Assembly (NCBI GenBank): GCA_963745835.1
Contig: CAVUZH010000003.1
Coordinates: 1 to 64,000 of the forward strand
Length of the DNA stretch: 64,000 nucleotides
Origin: an uncultured delta proteobacterium
Lineage (GTDB): Bacteria; Desulfobacterota; Binatia; UBA9968
Direction: 5' to 3'
A model generated the notes under the pieces. The model saw only the letters and a list, made by a program, of their open reading frames with translations. It had not been told where the DNA came from and did no database searches. The number at the start of each line of letters is the position of its first letter. Position 1 is the stretch's first letter. The position numbers and the translations under genes are program-made. Positions 21,496-31,732 of the stretch are shown here, piece after piece.

Positions 21496-22299
21496 TTACG
21501 CTTCTGAAACGTCAATCAACACGCCATCGGGATCTGACATTTGAAATTGTCCAAAGCAACACTTGGCAAATAGATTCCGCCTGACTTCTCTCTCGGGGTT
21601 TTTCTCCGGACGATCGTTGCCGGCGGATGAGTTGGCGGCCATGTACTTCTCCAAATCGGCTCTGAACGCGGGCATGCTTTCAACTTTAAAGCCGATGTGG
21701 TCCAAAGCCGGCCGTTCTATGCCTGACCCTTCGTAGTCGGTGATCTGCCATGGGAAGATAGCCAACGTCACTCGGCCATCTGACAGGTAATGATTGGGAT
21801 CTCCAGCCGGCTTCTCTAATTCCATCAGCTCAAACACCGTGCGATAGAACTCGGCAATCACGTCGGGCTCGAGCACGCGCAAAGCGATATGACTGACCCG
21901 GCGCGGCATGGTTTGATCGTCGTCGACATAGAGATCACGGCGATTTTCCATCCCTTTTTGTGACAGGTCGAAAACATTACCCGCCGGATCGTGCAAACTG
22001 ATGCCGGCAAAGGGACGATTGCCCGGTCGTTTTAAAATTTTTATCTTCGGGTATTTCTCATTGACTCGGGAGAAGACAGTTTCGACATCTTCAACCTCAA
22101 AACCAAAATGGTCGAAACCTGCCTGGCGGCCAGGCGCGCGCGGGTTGAGGTTGAGCCCGACGTAACCATCGCGAACCACAACGGCTCCGCCGGCGCGTGC
22201 CAATCCTGAGCGTTTCAGGCCGAAAACATCGCGGTAGAAATCACCCTCCTGGTTGCAATTGCTGCTGACGATGGCCATGTGCTTCATCTGTGCAAACAT
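21496..22299 (-). CDS. VOC (glyoxalase-like) protein with tandem domains
   Basis: KHMAI, DHFGFEV, DPAGNVFD, SHIALRV, DHIGFKV, DPDGVLID. Confidence 0.88.
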   Translation of the reverse strand: MFAQMKHMAIVSSNCNQEGDFYRDVFGLKRSGLARAGGAVVVRDGYVGLNLNPRAPGRQAGFDHFGFEVEDVETVFSRVNEKYPKIKILKRPGNRPFAGISLHDPAGNVFDLSQKGMENRRDLYVDDDQTMPRRVSHIALRVLEPDVIAEFYRTVFELMELEKPAGDPNHYLSDGRVTLAIFPWQITDYEGSGIERPALDHIGFKVESMPAFRADLEKYMAANSSAGNDRPEKNPEREVRRNLFAKCCFGQFQMSDPDGVLIDVSEA

Positions 22300-22459
22300 A
22301 GGCGGGCTCCTTTTTAGACGAGATGAGGCTAACCTAATCGAACGACGAACGGATTGTCAACCGCATCTTACCAGATGCTCAATCTCTGGGAGAGAGTTAT
22401 CGAGTTCGGCAGCCAACGTGTTGATAAGTTACCGCTGCCGATGTCATCTTTGGAGACGC

Positions 22460-23149
22460 TCACAATGTCTCCTCAGGATTGGCGCCGTTCTCGTAGGCTC
22501 GCCACCCCGAATCCCAATCCAAATACTGAAGTCCTGTGAATCTCTTTTTATAATCGTACGTAAATGGCTCGTGATAAGCGTAACCGGGATAATAGTATCG
22601 ACAGCGGCGCTCTCGGGAAAATTGAATTGAATGAAGGATCATTAGAATTCCTAAACTTCGTCTTGCCTCCGCGGGGTCGAAAATCGCGTAAACAGCGGAA
22701 GTAGCATCCTGCCCGAGATCCAAATAAGTCGCTCCAACCAGCCGCTCGCCCAGGTAAACACAAAGCTCGCGACTAGGACAGGGCACCGAGGCAGGCAGGG
22801 GCGATACGATATCTTCAAGGGAAGTAGGAATGTTATCTTTAAAGCGCACCCGGTGTTTATTGAAAAGTTCGTGTTTGTCTGGATCGACGGCAGCCGGTCT
22901 TATGACAATACGCGTGTCGCGATTCTTTGTCAGCACGCGCTTTTGACTGCGCGTCAAGCTAAATCGTCCGAGATCGATTCTCAACGGCATGACCGAAAAC
23001 TTCTTGTCTCCGTGGAACGAGGTCTGATAACGAAAGAAGTAAATGCCGAAGTGCCGCCACCCCTCGGCCCAAAGAAAATCCATCTGGGCCGGGGAAACCT
23101 TCAAGCAAGCAAAGTATTCCTCATCTTTTTCGCTGGTCATGTGGAACAC
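22460..23149 (-). CDS. Arginyl-tRNA-protein transferase / Asp-Glu leucyltransferase (Ate/Bpt family)
   Basis: GWRHFG, SQKRV, SAVYAIFDP, RSLG, YYYPGY, YKKRF. Confidence 0.85.
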   Translation of the reverse strand: MFHMTSEKDEEYFACLKVSPAQMDFLWAEGWRHFGIYFFRYQTSFHGDKKFSVMPLRIDLGRFSLTRSQKRVLTKNRDTRIVIRPAAVDPDKHELFNKHRVRFKDNIPTSLEDIVSPLPASVPCPSRELCVYLGERLVGATYLDLGQDATSAVYAIFDPAEARRSLGILMILHSIQFSRERRCRYYYPGYAYHEPFTYDYKKRFTGLQYLDWDSGWRAYENGANPEETL

Positions 23150-23275
23150 CCGCTAGCAATTCTACCAACGATCTTGCCCGCTACAAGTTAGAGAAGGTGT
23201 TGTAAATTCAGCGTGGGTGGAAGTTGTTGCAGTGCTGAATGCTGCTACCGGCGAGGGCTATGTAGGAAGATTCAC

Positions 23276-23303
23276 CGGGAGCCGGGAATCTTCCCGGCTC
23301 CCG
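23276..23303 (-). terminator. GC-rich hairpin downstream of the aldehyde dehydrogenase
   Basis: CGGGAGCCGGGAA-TC-TTCCCGGCTCCCG perfect 13-bp stem; no clear U-tract. Confidence 0.55.
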
Positions 23304-23319
23304 TCATCCGGATTATCGA

Positions 23320-24783
23320 TCAAACATTGACGATGACCACGCCCTTCGGCTCTAGATAATAATCGAGCGCTTCGGGACCATGCTCACGGCCGAGGCCGCT
23401 CGATTTGACTCCACCGAACGGCAGTTCGTCGTAGCCATAATGCAGCGAGTTTACCCATACATTTCCGGCCTGCAACTTATCGATCGCTTTGTTGGCGCTC
23501 AAAAGATTGCGCGTCCAAATCGACGAACCAAGCCCAAATTCGGACGAGTTGGCTTTTTCCAGCGCTTCATCAAGGCTCTTGAACGTGTATACCGGCAGGG
23601 CGGGCCCAAAGACCTCTTCGGTGGTCATGCGCGCGTCCTCCGGCACGTTGCTCATCAAGGTTGGCGTGTAGTAGAAGCCCTTGTCAAAGTCCCCGCCTTT
23701 AGGCCGCTCGCCGCCGAACAAAGTCTTAGCTCCGCGCGATTTGGCGTCTTCGACTTGCTCTTCGACTTCTTGCCGCTGTGATTCGAGGTGAATCGGACCT
23801 ATACGCGTTTCTTTGCTCATGCCATTGCCCATGGTCTTCTTCTTCAAGATCTCGACGAGACCGCCAAGGAATTTATCTGCAATAGATTCCTGCAAAAAAA
23901 GCCTTTTCACACCAAGACACATCTGGCCGCAATTAAAGTAGCGCCCCACGTCCGCCATCTTGATGGCCAGGTCGATGTTGGCATCTTCCATGACGATCAT
24001 CGGATCGCTGCCGCCGAGTTCCAGGGTAACGCGTTTGATTTCGCGCCCGGCCACTTCCATGACATGACGGCCCACCGGGGTCGAACCGGTGAATGCGATT
24101 CTGCGAATCCGCGGATTTCGTAAAATCTCTTCGCCAACACTGCTGCCGGGTCCGGTGACGACATTAACTGTTCCCTTCGGCAATGTTTTTTGCGCTTTGC
24201 CTTCGCCAAAGGTGGCTTGGGCAATGAGTTCGATGACCCGAGCTGTTGCCAGAGGCGTCGTGCTTGCCGGTTTGATGATAATGCTGTTGCCGGCGGCGAG
24301 CGCCGGACCGAGCTTGGTGCCCATCAATGTCAGCGGGAAGTTCCATGGAACGATACCGCCGCACACACCGATGGGTTGACGAATAACCATGCCGTAAGCC
24401 CCTTTTTGCGGCAACGGCACATGCGATCCGCGCACCTTAGAGGCGAGCCCGGCATAGAACTCCAGACCATGCACCAGATGGTGAATCTCTAAGCCCGCTT
24501 CGAATAAAGTTTTGCCTTGCTCTTGGGTGAGCAGTTGCGTGATTTCACTAGTGTTTTTCTTGATTAATTCGCAGGCGTTCATGAGCGCGCTGCCGCGATC
24601 TTCCGGCGTCACATCGGCCCATTCTTTAAAAGCGCTTTCCGCGGCCTGGATCGCCTGCTGAACGTCCTTCTCGTTTCCCTTGGGGATTGAATCCACCACC
24701 GCGCCGTTAGCGGGGTTGCGGATTTCGTAGGTCTCTTTAGTCACGGAGTCGACCAGCTCTCCGCCGATAAACATCTTAGCCAT
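23320..24783 (-). CDS. Aldehyde dehydrogenase
   Basis: PWNFP, FTGST, LELGGSDP, catalytic Cys in NCGQMC, EEVFGP, PFGGVKSSG. Confidence 0.95.
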   Translation of the reverse strand: MAKMFIGGELVDSVTKETYEIRNPANGAVVDSIPKGNEKDVQQAIQAAESAFKEWADVTPEDRGSALMNACELIKKNTSEITQLLTQEQGKTLFEAGLEIHHLVHGLEFYAGLASKVRGSHVPLPQKGAYGMVIRQPIGVCGGIVPWNFPLTLMGTKLGPALAAGNSIIIKPASTTPLATARVIELIAQATFGEGKAQKTLPKGTVNVVTGPGSSVGEEILRNPRIRRIAFTGSTPVGRHVMEVAGREIKRVTLELGGSDPMIVMEDANIDLAIKMADVGRYFNCGQMCLGVKRLFLQESIADKFLGGLVEILKKKTMGNGMSKETRIGPIHLESQRQEVEEQVEDAKSRGAKTLFGGERPKGGDFDKGFYYTPTLMSNVPEDARMTTEEVFGPALPVYTFKSLDEALEKANSSEFGLGSSIWTRNLLSANKAIDKLQAGNVWVNSLHYGYDELPFGGVKSSGLGREHGPEALDYYLEPKGVVIVNV

Positions 24784-24797
24784 TATCTCTCCTCCAG

Positions 24798-24924
24798 CAG
24801 ATCGCTTAAAAATAACTCATCTGCTTCGTTGCGCTCAATCGCCTCGCCTCAACGTACAGGGAGTACGCCTCGGCTCGTCGATCCATCGCGCGCCTCGCAT
24901 CTGAATCATTTGTTAAGCGATCTG
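24798..24924. mobile_element. 127-bp MITE/REP-like element, copy 1
   Basis: Perfect 12-bp terminal inverted repeats CAGATCGCTTAA / TTAAGCGATCTG with internal palindromic structure. Confidence 0.7.
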
Positions 24925-24963
24925 GTAATTGCTTTGTTTGATAGAGTTACTTTACCTTCAATG

Positions 24964-25088
24964 CAGATTGTTTAAAAAGACTCTCCTACTTGGTTGCACT
25001 CAATCGCCTCGCCTCAACGTACCACGGAGTCCGCTCGGCTCGTCGATCTATAGCATGCCTTGCATCGAGTTGTTCGCTAAGAGATCTG
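24964..25088. mobile_element. Degenerate second copy of the 127-bp element
   Basis: Shares CTCAATCGCCTCGCCTCAACGTAC and CTCGGCTCGTCGATC; ends decayed to CAGATTGTTTAA / CTAAGAGATCTG. Confidence 0.7.
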
Positions 25089-25110
25089 AAAATGATTGTT
25101 TGAAATTGGA

Positions 25111-25902
25111 TTACTTGCCTTTGAATTGCGCGGTTCTTTTTTCGAAAAAAGCTGTCACTCCTTCATTGCCGTCTTCGCTGGCAAAAGTTTGCGCCAGGAG
25201 TTCGCGTTCAAAAGCCAATCCATCGGGGAGCGAGAGCTCGGATCCCGTGGTAATAGCTCTTTTGGCCTTGCCGACGGCGAGACTGCTCTTGTTGGGCACG
25301 ATGAACTGACGCGCATAATCCATGACTTCGTCCATGAAGTGCTCTTTCTCATAGACGTAATGAATCAGCCCCATCTCGAGTCCCTCTTCAAATGAGATGA
25401 GCTTTCCGGTCGCGCAGAGCTCCATGGCTCGAGCTTTGCCAACCAGGCGCGGCAAGCGTTGTGTGCCACCCATCCCGGGGATCACGCCGAGATTGATCTC
25501 CGGCAGGCCGATTCGGCCGCCTTCCTTTTTGGCGATCCGGATGTCACACGCCATGGCGATTTCAAGACCGCCCCCCTGAGCGTGGCCGTTGATGGCCGCT
25601 ATCACTACTTTGGGGGTGTTCTCCAAGCGCATGAGAACTTCGTGGCCGTGAAGCGCGAAGTTATTTTTCACCGACAAACTCGCGCTGCCCAACATTTTGA
25701 TGTCGGCGCCCGCTGAAAAAAATCGCTCGAGCTTGCCGGTAATGACAATCGCATGGACATTATCATCGAAACGCGCGTCGAGAATCGCGGCATCTAATTC
25801 CTTCAACAGTTCGGTGGTATAAGCGTTGGCCGGGGGGCGATTGATTTCCAGTAGAGCAACGCCGTTATCAACGCGATACTCGATCATTTTTCCTTCTGCC
25901 AT
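25111..25902 (-). CDS. Enoyl-CoA hydratase/isomerase family protein
   Basis: [44 protein letters not shown]. Confidence 0.93.
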   Translation of the reverse strand: MAEGKMIEYRVDNGVALLEINRPPANAYTTELLKELDAAILDARFDDNVHAIVITGKLERFFSAGADIKMLGSASLSVKNNFALHGHEVLMRLENTPKVVIAAINGHAQGGGLEIAMACDIRIAKKEGGRIGLPEINLGVIPGMGGTQRLPRLVGKARAMELCATGKLISFEEGLEMGLIHYVYEKEHFMDEVMDYARQFIVPNKSSLAVGKAKRAITTGSELSLPDGLAFERELLAQTFASEDGNEGVTAFFEKRTAQFKGK

Positions 25903-26125
25903 ATCTAAGCCTCCTCATCTATTCGTTCACATTGACTTAACCGGCATGCTTACTCAAGTCAAGGCCAGTTTCTCAGGAAACCGAGCAGAAGCCGTTTGAT
26001 TCCGCTTATTTGAAAAAAATTGCTCAACAACTAAGTGATCTGAAACAAAGCCTCCCGGCTGTGTTGGAAAGCGTAGCGAACTGTGGCATGACTGAACGAA
26101 ATTTTTGTACTCCCGAGGAGGCACC

Positions 26126-27070
26126 ATGAAGGTTAAACCGAAGAGATCGCCGATTAAATGGCCCGACGGCGCGCGCATTGCCATCACGCCGTGCGTCGCC
26201 TTTGAAACGTGGCCGGAAGATCTAGGCGGGCCGCGCACGTTGCAGCAGGAAAATCGCCGGAGTTTTCCCGCCAATGCCGTCACCAAAAAAAATCTAGCGA
26301 TTATTACTGATCGTGAATTCGGCGAGCGCGTGGGTATCTATCGAATGCTTGATGTGTTCGAGAAAGAAAATATTCAAACGAGCTTTTTCCCAACCGGTAT
26401 TACGGTCCAGAATTTTCCCGAAATATTTAAAGAGATCACCGCTCAGGGGCACGAGGTCGGCACGGAAACCTGGATCCATGACTACAGTTACATGAAAAAG
26501 CGCGACAAAGAGAAAAATGATTTAAAGAAAACTGTCGATGTCGTAAGCAAGGTGGTGGGGGAGCCGCCGGTCGGTTATCTTTCCACCGGAGTGGCGCCGA
26601 GTGCCGTGACTCCGGACATCATTCTCGAGCTCGGCTATCGTTACTGGATGGACCCGCAGCACGAGGAAACGCCCTATACGCTCAAAGTGGGAAAAAAAGA
26701 ATTGACTGTCCTTTCATACTTCCAGGATCTCAATGATTACTCGAGCTATCAGCGTGCCGGGAGAACCCCTAGAGATCTCTTGCAGATGTGGAAGGATTGT
26801 TTTGATTGCCTTTACGAAGAGGGAGCAAGCGATCCCAAGTTCATGATGTGGGGCAATCACCCGTTTGTCGGCGGCCGTCCGTTCCGGGCTCTGTTGCTAA
26901 GGGAATTTATCCGCTATGCCAAGAGTCATAAACAAGTTTGGTTTGCCACCGCCGGCCAGATCGCGCAATGGTATCGGGAAAACTATCGAGATGCGCAGGT
27001 CGAGACCTGGCCAAATTTCGCTTTCGCCGGACGTCAAGGCAAGGTTTCGGATCTGATGAGTGCGAGATAA
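26126..27070 (+). CDS. Polysaccharide deacetylase / PuuE-like family protein
   Basis: WPDGARIA, EFGERVGIYR, GHEV, HPFVGGRPFR, VWFAT; GGAGG RBS before the ATG at 26126. Confidence 0.88.
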   Translation: MKVKPKRSPIKWPDGARIAITPCVAFETWPEDLGGPRTLQQENRRSFPANAVTKKNLAIITDREFGERVGIYRMLDVFEKENIQTSFFPTGITVQNFPEIFKEITAQGHEVGTETWIHDYSYMKKRDKEKNDLKKTVDVVSKVVGEPPVGYLSTGVAPSAVTPDIILELGYRYWMDPQHEETPYTLKVGKKELTVLSYFQDLNDYSSYQRAGRTPRDLLQMWKDCFDCLYEEGASDPKFMMWGNHPFVGGRPFRALLLREFIRYAKSHKQVWFATAGQIAQWYRENYRDAQVETWPNFAFAGRQGKVSDLMSAR

Positions 27071-27084
27071 CCGCAGGGACAGTA

Positions 27085-28251
27085 TTGGCCAAAAGCAAAT
27101 CACAGGACAAGCAGATTCGGAGCGGACTCGAAGCGCTGCGCCGGGCAGGTGTCGCAGTTGATGATCCTTCTCCGTCTCTGGTCCAACGTTTACAGGATCA
27201 CTTCGGCAAGGATCCCCAAATGGATTTGGCAGTTGTTTTCACCTTGGGGAGAATTGCCGAAGCAGCCGCTGTCGAGGCGCTCGACAAGATCGAGAATGAC
27301 GCGCGCGACAAAGTGCTTAGAAAGGAAATTCGCCGTTCGCTTTTTAAGTTGACTCAGAAGGGATTAGCTGTGCCGGAAGCAAGAACTTCCGGTTCTACAG
27401 GCGTGACTTCCTTGTTGAAATCGGCTTCGGACGTGGAGGCCTACATGTCCGCGGTGGATGGCACCGGCGGCCGGCTTCTATGGATCGTGAAGCCGCAAGC
27501 GGGTCACGGACTGCAGACGATCCAAGCTATGCTCAGTGACCGTGAGGGACTGCTGCGCCTCGGCGGCGCCAAGATCCGTCGCAAAGAATTGCGCAATATG
27601 GCGCGCGAAATCAAAGACAAGCATGGTATCGAGATGATCTCACTGCCTTGGGAATACGCCGACCAGACGCTTTATGCCGCCTATGAAAAAACCAAAGCGC
27701 AAGGACGGAGCGGCTTTGAAAATTTTCATGAGTTGCGCGCCGTCATCGGCGCGGGCAAGCCCAAGCAGCAAGAACATCCGATTTATCGCCAGCTCAATGC
27801 AGACGATGTCACAGGCGGCAGCTGGCGCGAACAGTCGCGTCGTTTGTTGGAAGAGCCGGAATTGCGCTTCTGGTTTCTTGACGAGGATTGGGTGACGCCT
27901 TATCTGTCTCAACTCGAGGAAGCGAAGAGCAGCCGTTTGGTTCTCAATCAGGTGCAGAAAGAAGAACGGCTCGCCGGCATCGTGCGCGATGCGGTGAAAG
28001 CGTTTTGCGCCGGTGAGATCGGCCGCGTGCTGCAACGTCGTATGGAAGATATGGCGCTTTATTTTCTTGAATCGGGCCGCGACGATGCGGCGCGGCTTTC
28101 GCTAGCGGTCGCTATCCAGATCGGCGCCGGTGATCCGGGGCCGCTGGATATTTCGTTTCTCACCGGCCTGGTGCAGAAGAGTTTTGGATTTTATTTATCG
28201 CAACAAAAGACCAAACAGGCTGACGAGCCTTCGTTCATCGTCAAACCGTAG
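27085..28251 (+). CDS. Hypothetical helical protein (HEAT-like N-terminus)
   Basis: Long ORF; likely TTG start just after the upstream stop; LGRIAEAAAVEAL...KEIRRSLFKL. Confidence 0.75.
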   Translation: MAKSKSQDKQIRSGLEALRRAGVAVDDPSPSLVQRLQDHFGKDPQMDLAVVFTLGRIAEAAAVEALDKIENDARDKVLRKEIRRSLFKLTQKGLAVPEARTSGSTGVTSLLKSASDVEAYMSAVDGTGGRLLWIVKPQAGHGLQTIQAMLSDREGLLRLGGAKIRRKELRNMAREIKDKHGIEMISLPWEYADQTLYAAYEKTKAQGRSGFENFHELRAVIGAGKPKQQEHPIYRQLNADDVTGGSWREQSRRLLEEPELRFWFLDEDWVTPYLSQLEEAKSSRLVLNQVQKEERLAGIVRDAVKAFCAGEIGRVLQRRMEDMALYFLESGRDDAARLSLAVAIQIGAGDPGPLDISFLTGLVQKSFGFYLSQQKTKQADEPSFIVKP

Positions 28252-28256
28252 TTCAT

Positions 28257-28976
28257 TCAACGCCCGACCGCCAATTTTCGGTCTTTCTCGCGCGGGACCT
28301 TGAAGCCCGCGCTCCTTGCCGATGTATGGTAACGCCGGATATCGCTGGGAATCTCCGTGACGTCGTCAAGCACTTTGAAGAGATCGAGATCGGTTTTAGC
28401 GATGGCCTCCTCCTTGGCTAGAGTATTTCGGAACCATTGAACTAAACCGGACCAATAACTGGATCCCACCAGATAGATCGGAAACGGATGGATCTTTTGC
28501 GTTTGCACCAGAGTTAAAATCTCTGCCATTTCATCCAATGTACCAAAGCCGCCGGGGAAAACTACAAAACCCACACTGTATTTGGCCAGCATCACCTTGC
28601 GCACGTAGAAATATTCGAATTGCAGGGAAATCGTTTGGTACGGATTAGGCTTTTGTTCATGCTCCAACAGGATGTTTAACCCTACGCTTGTACCCTTGGC
28701 TTCGCAGGCGCCGCGATTGGCCGCTTCCATGGTTCCCGGACCGCCACCGGTGACCACCGCATAGCCTGCTTCGACCAGTGCGCGCCCCAACTTGCGGGCC
28801 TGATCGTAATAGCGGCTGGTGATTTGCGTGCGCGCGCTGCCGAAGACGGTGACGGCAGGGGAGCCAATCTGATTCATACGATCAAACCCAAGCGCAAACT
28901 CACCCATGATCCGGAACATCCTCCAGGAGTCCTTGGTTAATTTGTCCAGCTCAAACTTCATCTCTTTACCTGCCAT
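28257..28976 (-). CDS. LOG family protein (TIGR00730)
   Basis: VTVFGSAR, TGGGPGTMEAANRGA, PGGFGTLDE; GGAGG RBS. Confidence 0.93.
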   Translation of the reverse strand: MAGKEMKFELDKLTKDSWRMFRIMGEFALGFDRMNQIGSPAVTVFGSARTQITSRYYDQARKLGRALVEAGYAVVTGGGPGTMEAANRGACEAKGTSVGLNILLEHEQKPNPYQTISLQFEYFYVRKVMLAKYSVGFVVFPGGFGTLDEMAEILTLVQTQKIHPFPIYLVGSSYWSGLVQWFRNTLAKEEAIAKTDLDLFKVLDDVTEIPSDIRRYHTSARSAGFKVPREKDRKLAVGR

Positions 28977-29227
28977 CCTTTTCACCTCCAGATATGGAAT
29001 CGGTTGCGCGCTCGGCCGCACGCTGATTGCTTTAGAAATTCTCTAGTGGACATCTGTAATGATACACCACTTTCTTACCGGATGAGGGATGCTTCTACTC
29101 TAGCGGTGCTCGATCTTTCTTGTTCGATGCGCGGGTGAACCTAGGTAACCGAACTGCTAAAGTATTCGTCGGATGGTCCGTGCTAATGTGTTGTCGTTGC
29201 AATATTGAGCCACCTTAAGCAAAAAGA

Positions 29228-31732
29228 GTGAACACAAGCAGAATGCCCTTCAGACTCGCTCGATGGTTGGTCGATCGGCTTGCAGCCTATTTTTGGCCGG
29301 TATTAGATCCCGCCCTAGGGATGCGACTTAGGTTTTTTTCCGCGCTCAAAGGATTGGCCGCGTTGGCTGCAATCGGACTGACAATGCTGTGCGTGTACGC
29401 TCTAGTTTTAATACCGTTCACACCAAGTATCGCCGATCTCCAAAAAGCCAAGATCGACCAACCTAGCATGCTGATTTCGTCTGATGGCAAGCGCATCGCG
29501 ACGTATAAACCGATGAACCGCGAGTGGGTCCGTTTGAATCGCGTTTCTCAGCATGTCATCAACGCGCTCATTGCCACGGAGGATCACCGCTTCTATCAAC
29601 ATTATGGGGTAGACTTGCGCCGCACCGCATCGGGTGTTCTCCGCACAGTGCTAGGCGATCCCGAGGGCGGTTCCACGCTGACCCAGCAGCTCGCGCGCAA
29701 CCTTTACCCGGAGGAGATCGGCCGTGAGCGGACCATCACGCGGAAAATCAAAGAAACTATTACCGCGATCAAAATTGAATATGCCTATACGAAAAAGGAG
29801 ATTCTGGAGACCTATCTAAACAGTATGCCGTTTTTGTACAACGCATTCGGTATCGAAATGGCTGCGCGCACCTACTTTGACAAACCGGCGCAGAAGCTCG
29901 ATGTGATCGAGAGCGCGACCTTGATCGCCATGTTGAAAGGCACCAGCTATTACAATCCAGTGCTTAACCCAGAGCGCGCGCTTCGTCGCCGCAACGTGGT
30001 GCTTTCGCAAATGGTCAAGCGCAGCGTGTTGAGCCAGGCAGAGTTTGACCGGATAAAAACCAGGCCGATACGTCTCGACTTTGAACGCCAGCCGGAAGCG
30101 ATTGGGATCGCTCCTCATCTTGCTGCGTATATTCGTAAATGGCTGATCGATTGGGCCGACCGCAATAACCATAATATCTATGCCGACGGGCTGAGAGTGC
30201 ACACAACGATTGACTCGCGCCTGCAGGCGCTTGCTAATCAGGCGGTCAATCGCCAGAGCGACGCCCTTCAGGCAGTCGCAGATGTAGAATGGGGATCGAG
30301 CTCGCCGCGACTGATCTCGACAAGCGCTAAGGCCTACCTCGATATGCGCCGGCGCGTGCAGCCCTTTGCTTACTTTTGGAAAAGCAAAAACGGCTTGCTC
30401 GACGTGTTTATACGGGAATCCCCATCGTACCGCGCTGCGGTTCAATCCGGTGCGGACCCCGAGGCGGCGATGGCGCTGCTCAAGAATGATAGTGAATTCA
30501 TGAGCAAGCTGCGCGCCGCCAAAACGCGCTTGCAGGCCGGCTTTGTAGCGATCGATCCGGCTACCGGCGAAGTAAAGGCCTGGGTCGGTAGCCGCGACTT
30601 CAAAATCGATCAGTACGATCATGTGGCGCAAGCCAGGCGCCAACCGGGTTCTACATTCAAAGCATTCGTCTATGGTGCCGCGCTTGAGCAGGGAATGTCG
30701 CCTACCAAGCGATTTACCGACAGCCCAGTTGAGATTCGCCTGCCCGATGGAACTATATGGCGTCCGTCCGACCTCGGCGAGCCCACTGGGCGGCGAATGA
30801 CGGCGCGCGAGGGTCTCATTCATTCGAAAAATACGATTACGGTTCAGGTCATGCAGGAAATCGGCCCGAGAAAGACCGCAGAACTTGCGCGCAAGATGGG
30901 AATCAATCGAAGCAAGCTCGACGAGGTGCCGGCGTTAGCGCTGGGAACCAGCCCGGTAACGCCATTGGAAATGGTTTCTGCTTACAGTACGATCGCCGCC
31001 AGCGGCGTCTACCGCCAGCCGATTTTTATCACCCGCATTACTGACAACAAGGGAAAGGTGCTCGCCGAATTCGCCACCCAGGACAAGCGAGTCATGACCG
31101 AAAAAGCCGTTGGAGATCTTATTAACATGCTGCGCGGCGCAGTCGACCAAGGCACTGGGCAAGCGGTTCGCACGCAGTTTGGTTTGCGCGGCGATTTCGC
31201 CGGAAAAACCGGGACGACGCAAAATAATAGCGATGGCTGGTTTATCTTGATGCACCCGCGGCTGGTCGCCGGCTCATGGGTCGGCTTCAACGACCCGCGA
31301 GTCACCATGCGCAGCAATTATTGGGGCGAGGGCGGACACAACGCGTTACTGCTGGTCGGCGATTTCTTCCAGCAAACGCTTGCGTCGCGACTAATCGACA
31401 GCCGAGCCGATTTTCCTTTCGACCGATATCACGAGTCGATCTGGGACCCCTATTTCGATATGGCCAGAGAATGGTTAGGGGGCATCCTCAAAGATTGGTT
31501 CGGTGGAGAGAGGGCCAAGCCGGCACCCTTGCCGCGGGCTTCGCCGCGCCGCGACTTACGATTCGAAGCGCCGGGTTCCGAACAATCGCAATCCGATTTC
31601 CAGCAATTCGGGGGCACAAGCGACCGACCGGAGCAGCGGCAGCTCGAAGGAGAAGCGGAGAAGAATCGACTATTGGAACGATTGAGGCAGAAGCAACAGC
31701 TACGCGAACAGGAGAACCGCGCCACCGACTAA
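29228..31732 (+). CDS. Class A penicillin-binding protein (PBP1A family)
   Basis: EDHRFYQH, GGSTLTQQLARN, RKIKE; transpeptidase motifs STFK, SKN, KTG. Confidence 0.93.
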   Translation: MNTSRMPFRLARWLVDRLAAYFWPVLDPALGMRLRFFSALKGLAALAAIGLTMLCVYALVLIPFTPSIADLQKAKIDQPSMLISSDGKRIATYKPMNREWVRLNRVSQHVINALIATEDHRFYQHYGVDLRRTASGVLRTVLGDPEGGSTLTQQLARNLYPEEIGRERTITRKIKETITAIKIEYAYTKKEILETYLNSMPFLYNAFGIEMAARTYFDKPAQKLDVIESATLIAMLKGTSYYNPVLNPERALRRRNVVLSQMVKRSVLSQAEFDRIKTRPIRLDFERQPEAIGIAPHLAAYIRKWLIDWADRNNHNIYADGLRVHTTIDSRLQALANQAVNRQSDALQAVADVEWGSSSPRLISTSAKAYLDMRRRVQPFAYFWKSKNGLLDVFIRESPSYRAAVQSGADPEAAMALLKNDSEFMSKLRAAKTRLQAGFVAIDPATGEVKAWVGSRDFKIDQYDHVAQARRQPGSTFKAFVYGAALEQGMSPTKRFTDSPVEIRLPDGTIWRPSDLGEPTGRRMTAREGLIHSKNTITVQVMQEIGPRKTAELARKMGINRSKLDEVPALALGTSPVTPLEMVSAYSTIAASGVYRQPIFITRITDNKGKVLAEFATQDKRVMTEKAVGDLINMLRGAVDQGTGQAVRTQFGLRGDFAGKTGTTQNNSDGWFILMHPRLVAGSWVGFNDPRVTMRSNYWGEGGHNALLLVGDFFQQTLASRLIDSRADFPFDRYHESIWDPYFDMAREWLGGILKDWFGGERAKPAPLPRASPRRDLRFEAPGSEQSQSDFQQFGGTSDRPEQRQLEGEAEKNRLLERLRQKQQLREQENRATD

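Noticed and set aside
24798-25088. CRISPR array
   Set aside because: Only two long degenerate units, no repeat-spacer periodicity and no cas genes.
29816-30823. 335-aa antisense ORF (similar ones at 49496, 55472 and 56649)
   Set aside because: Shadow ORFs opposite well-supported genes.
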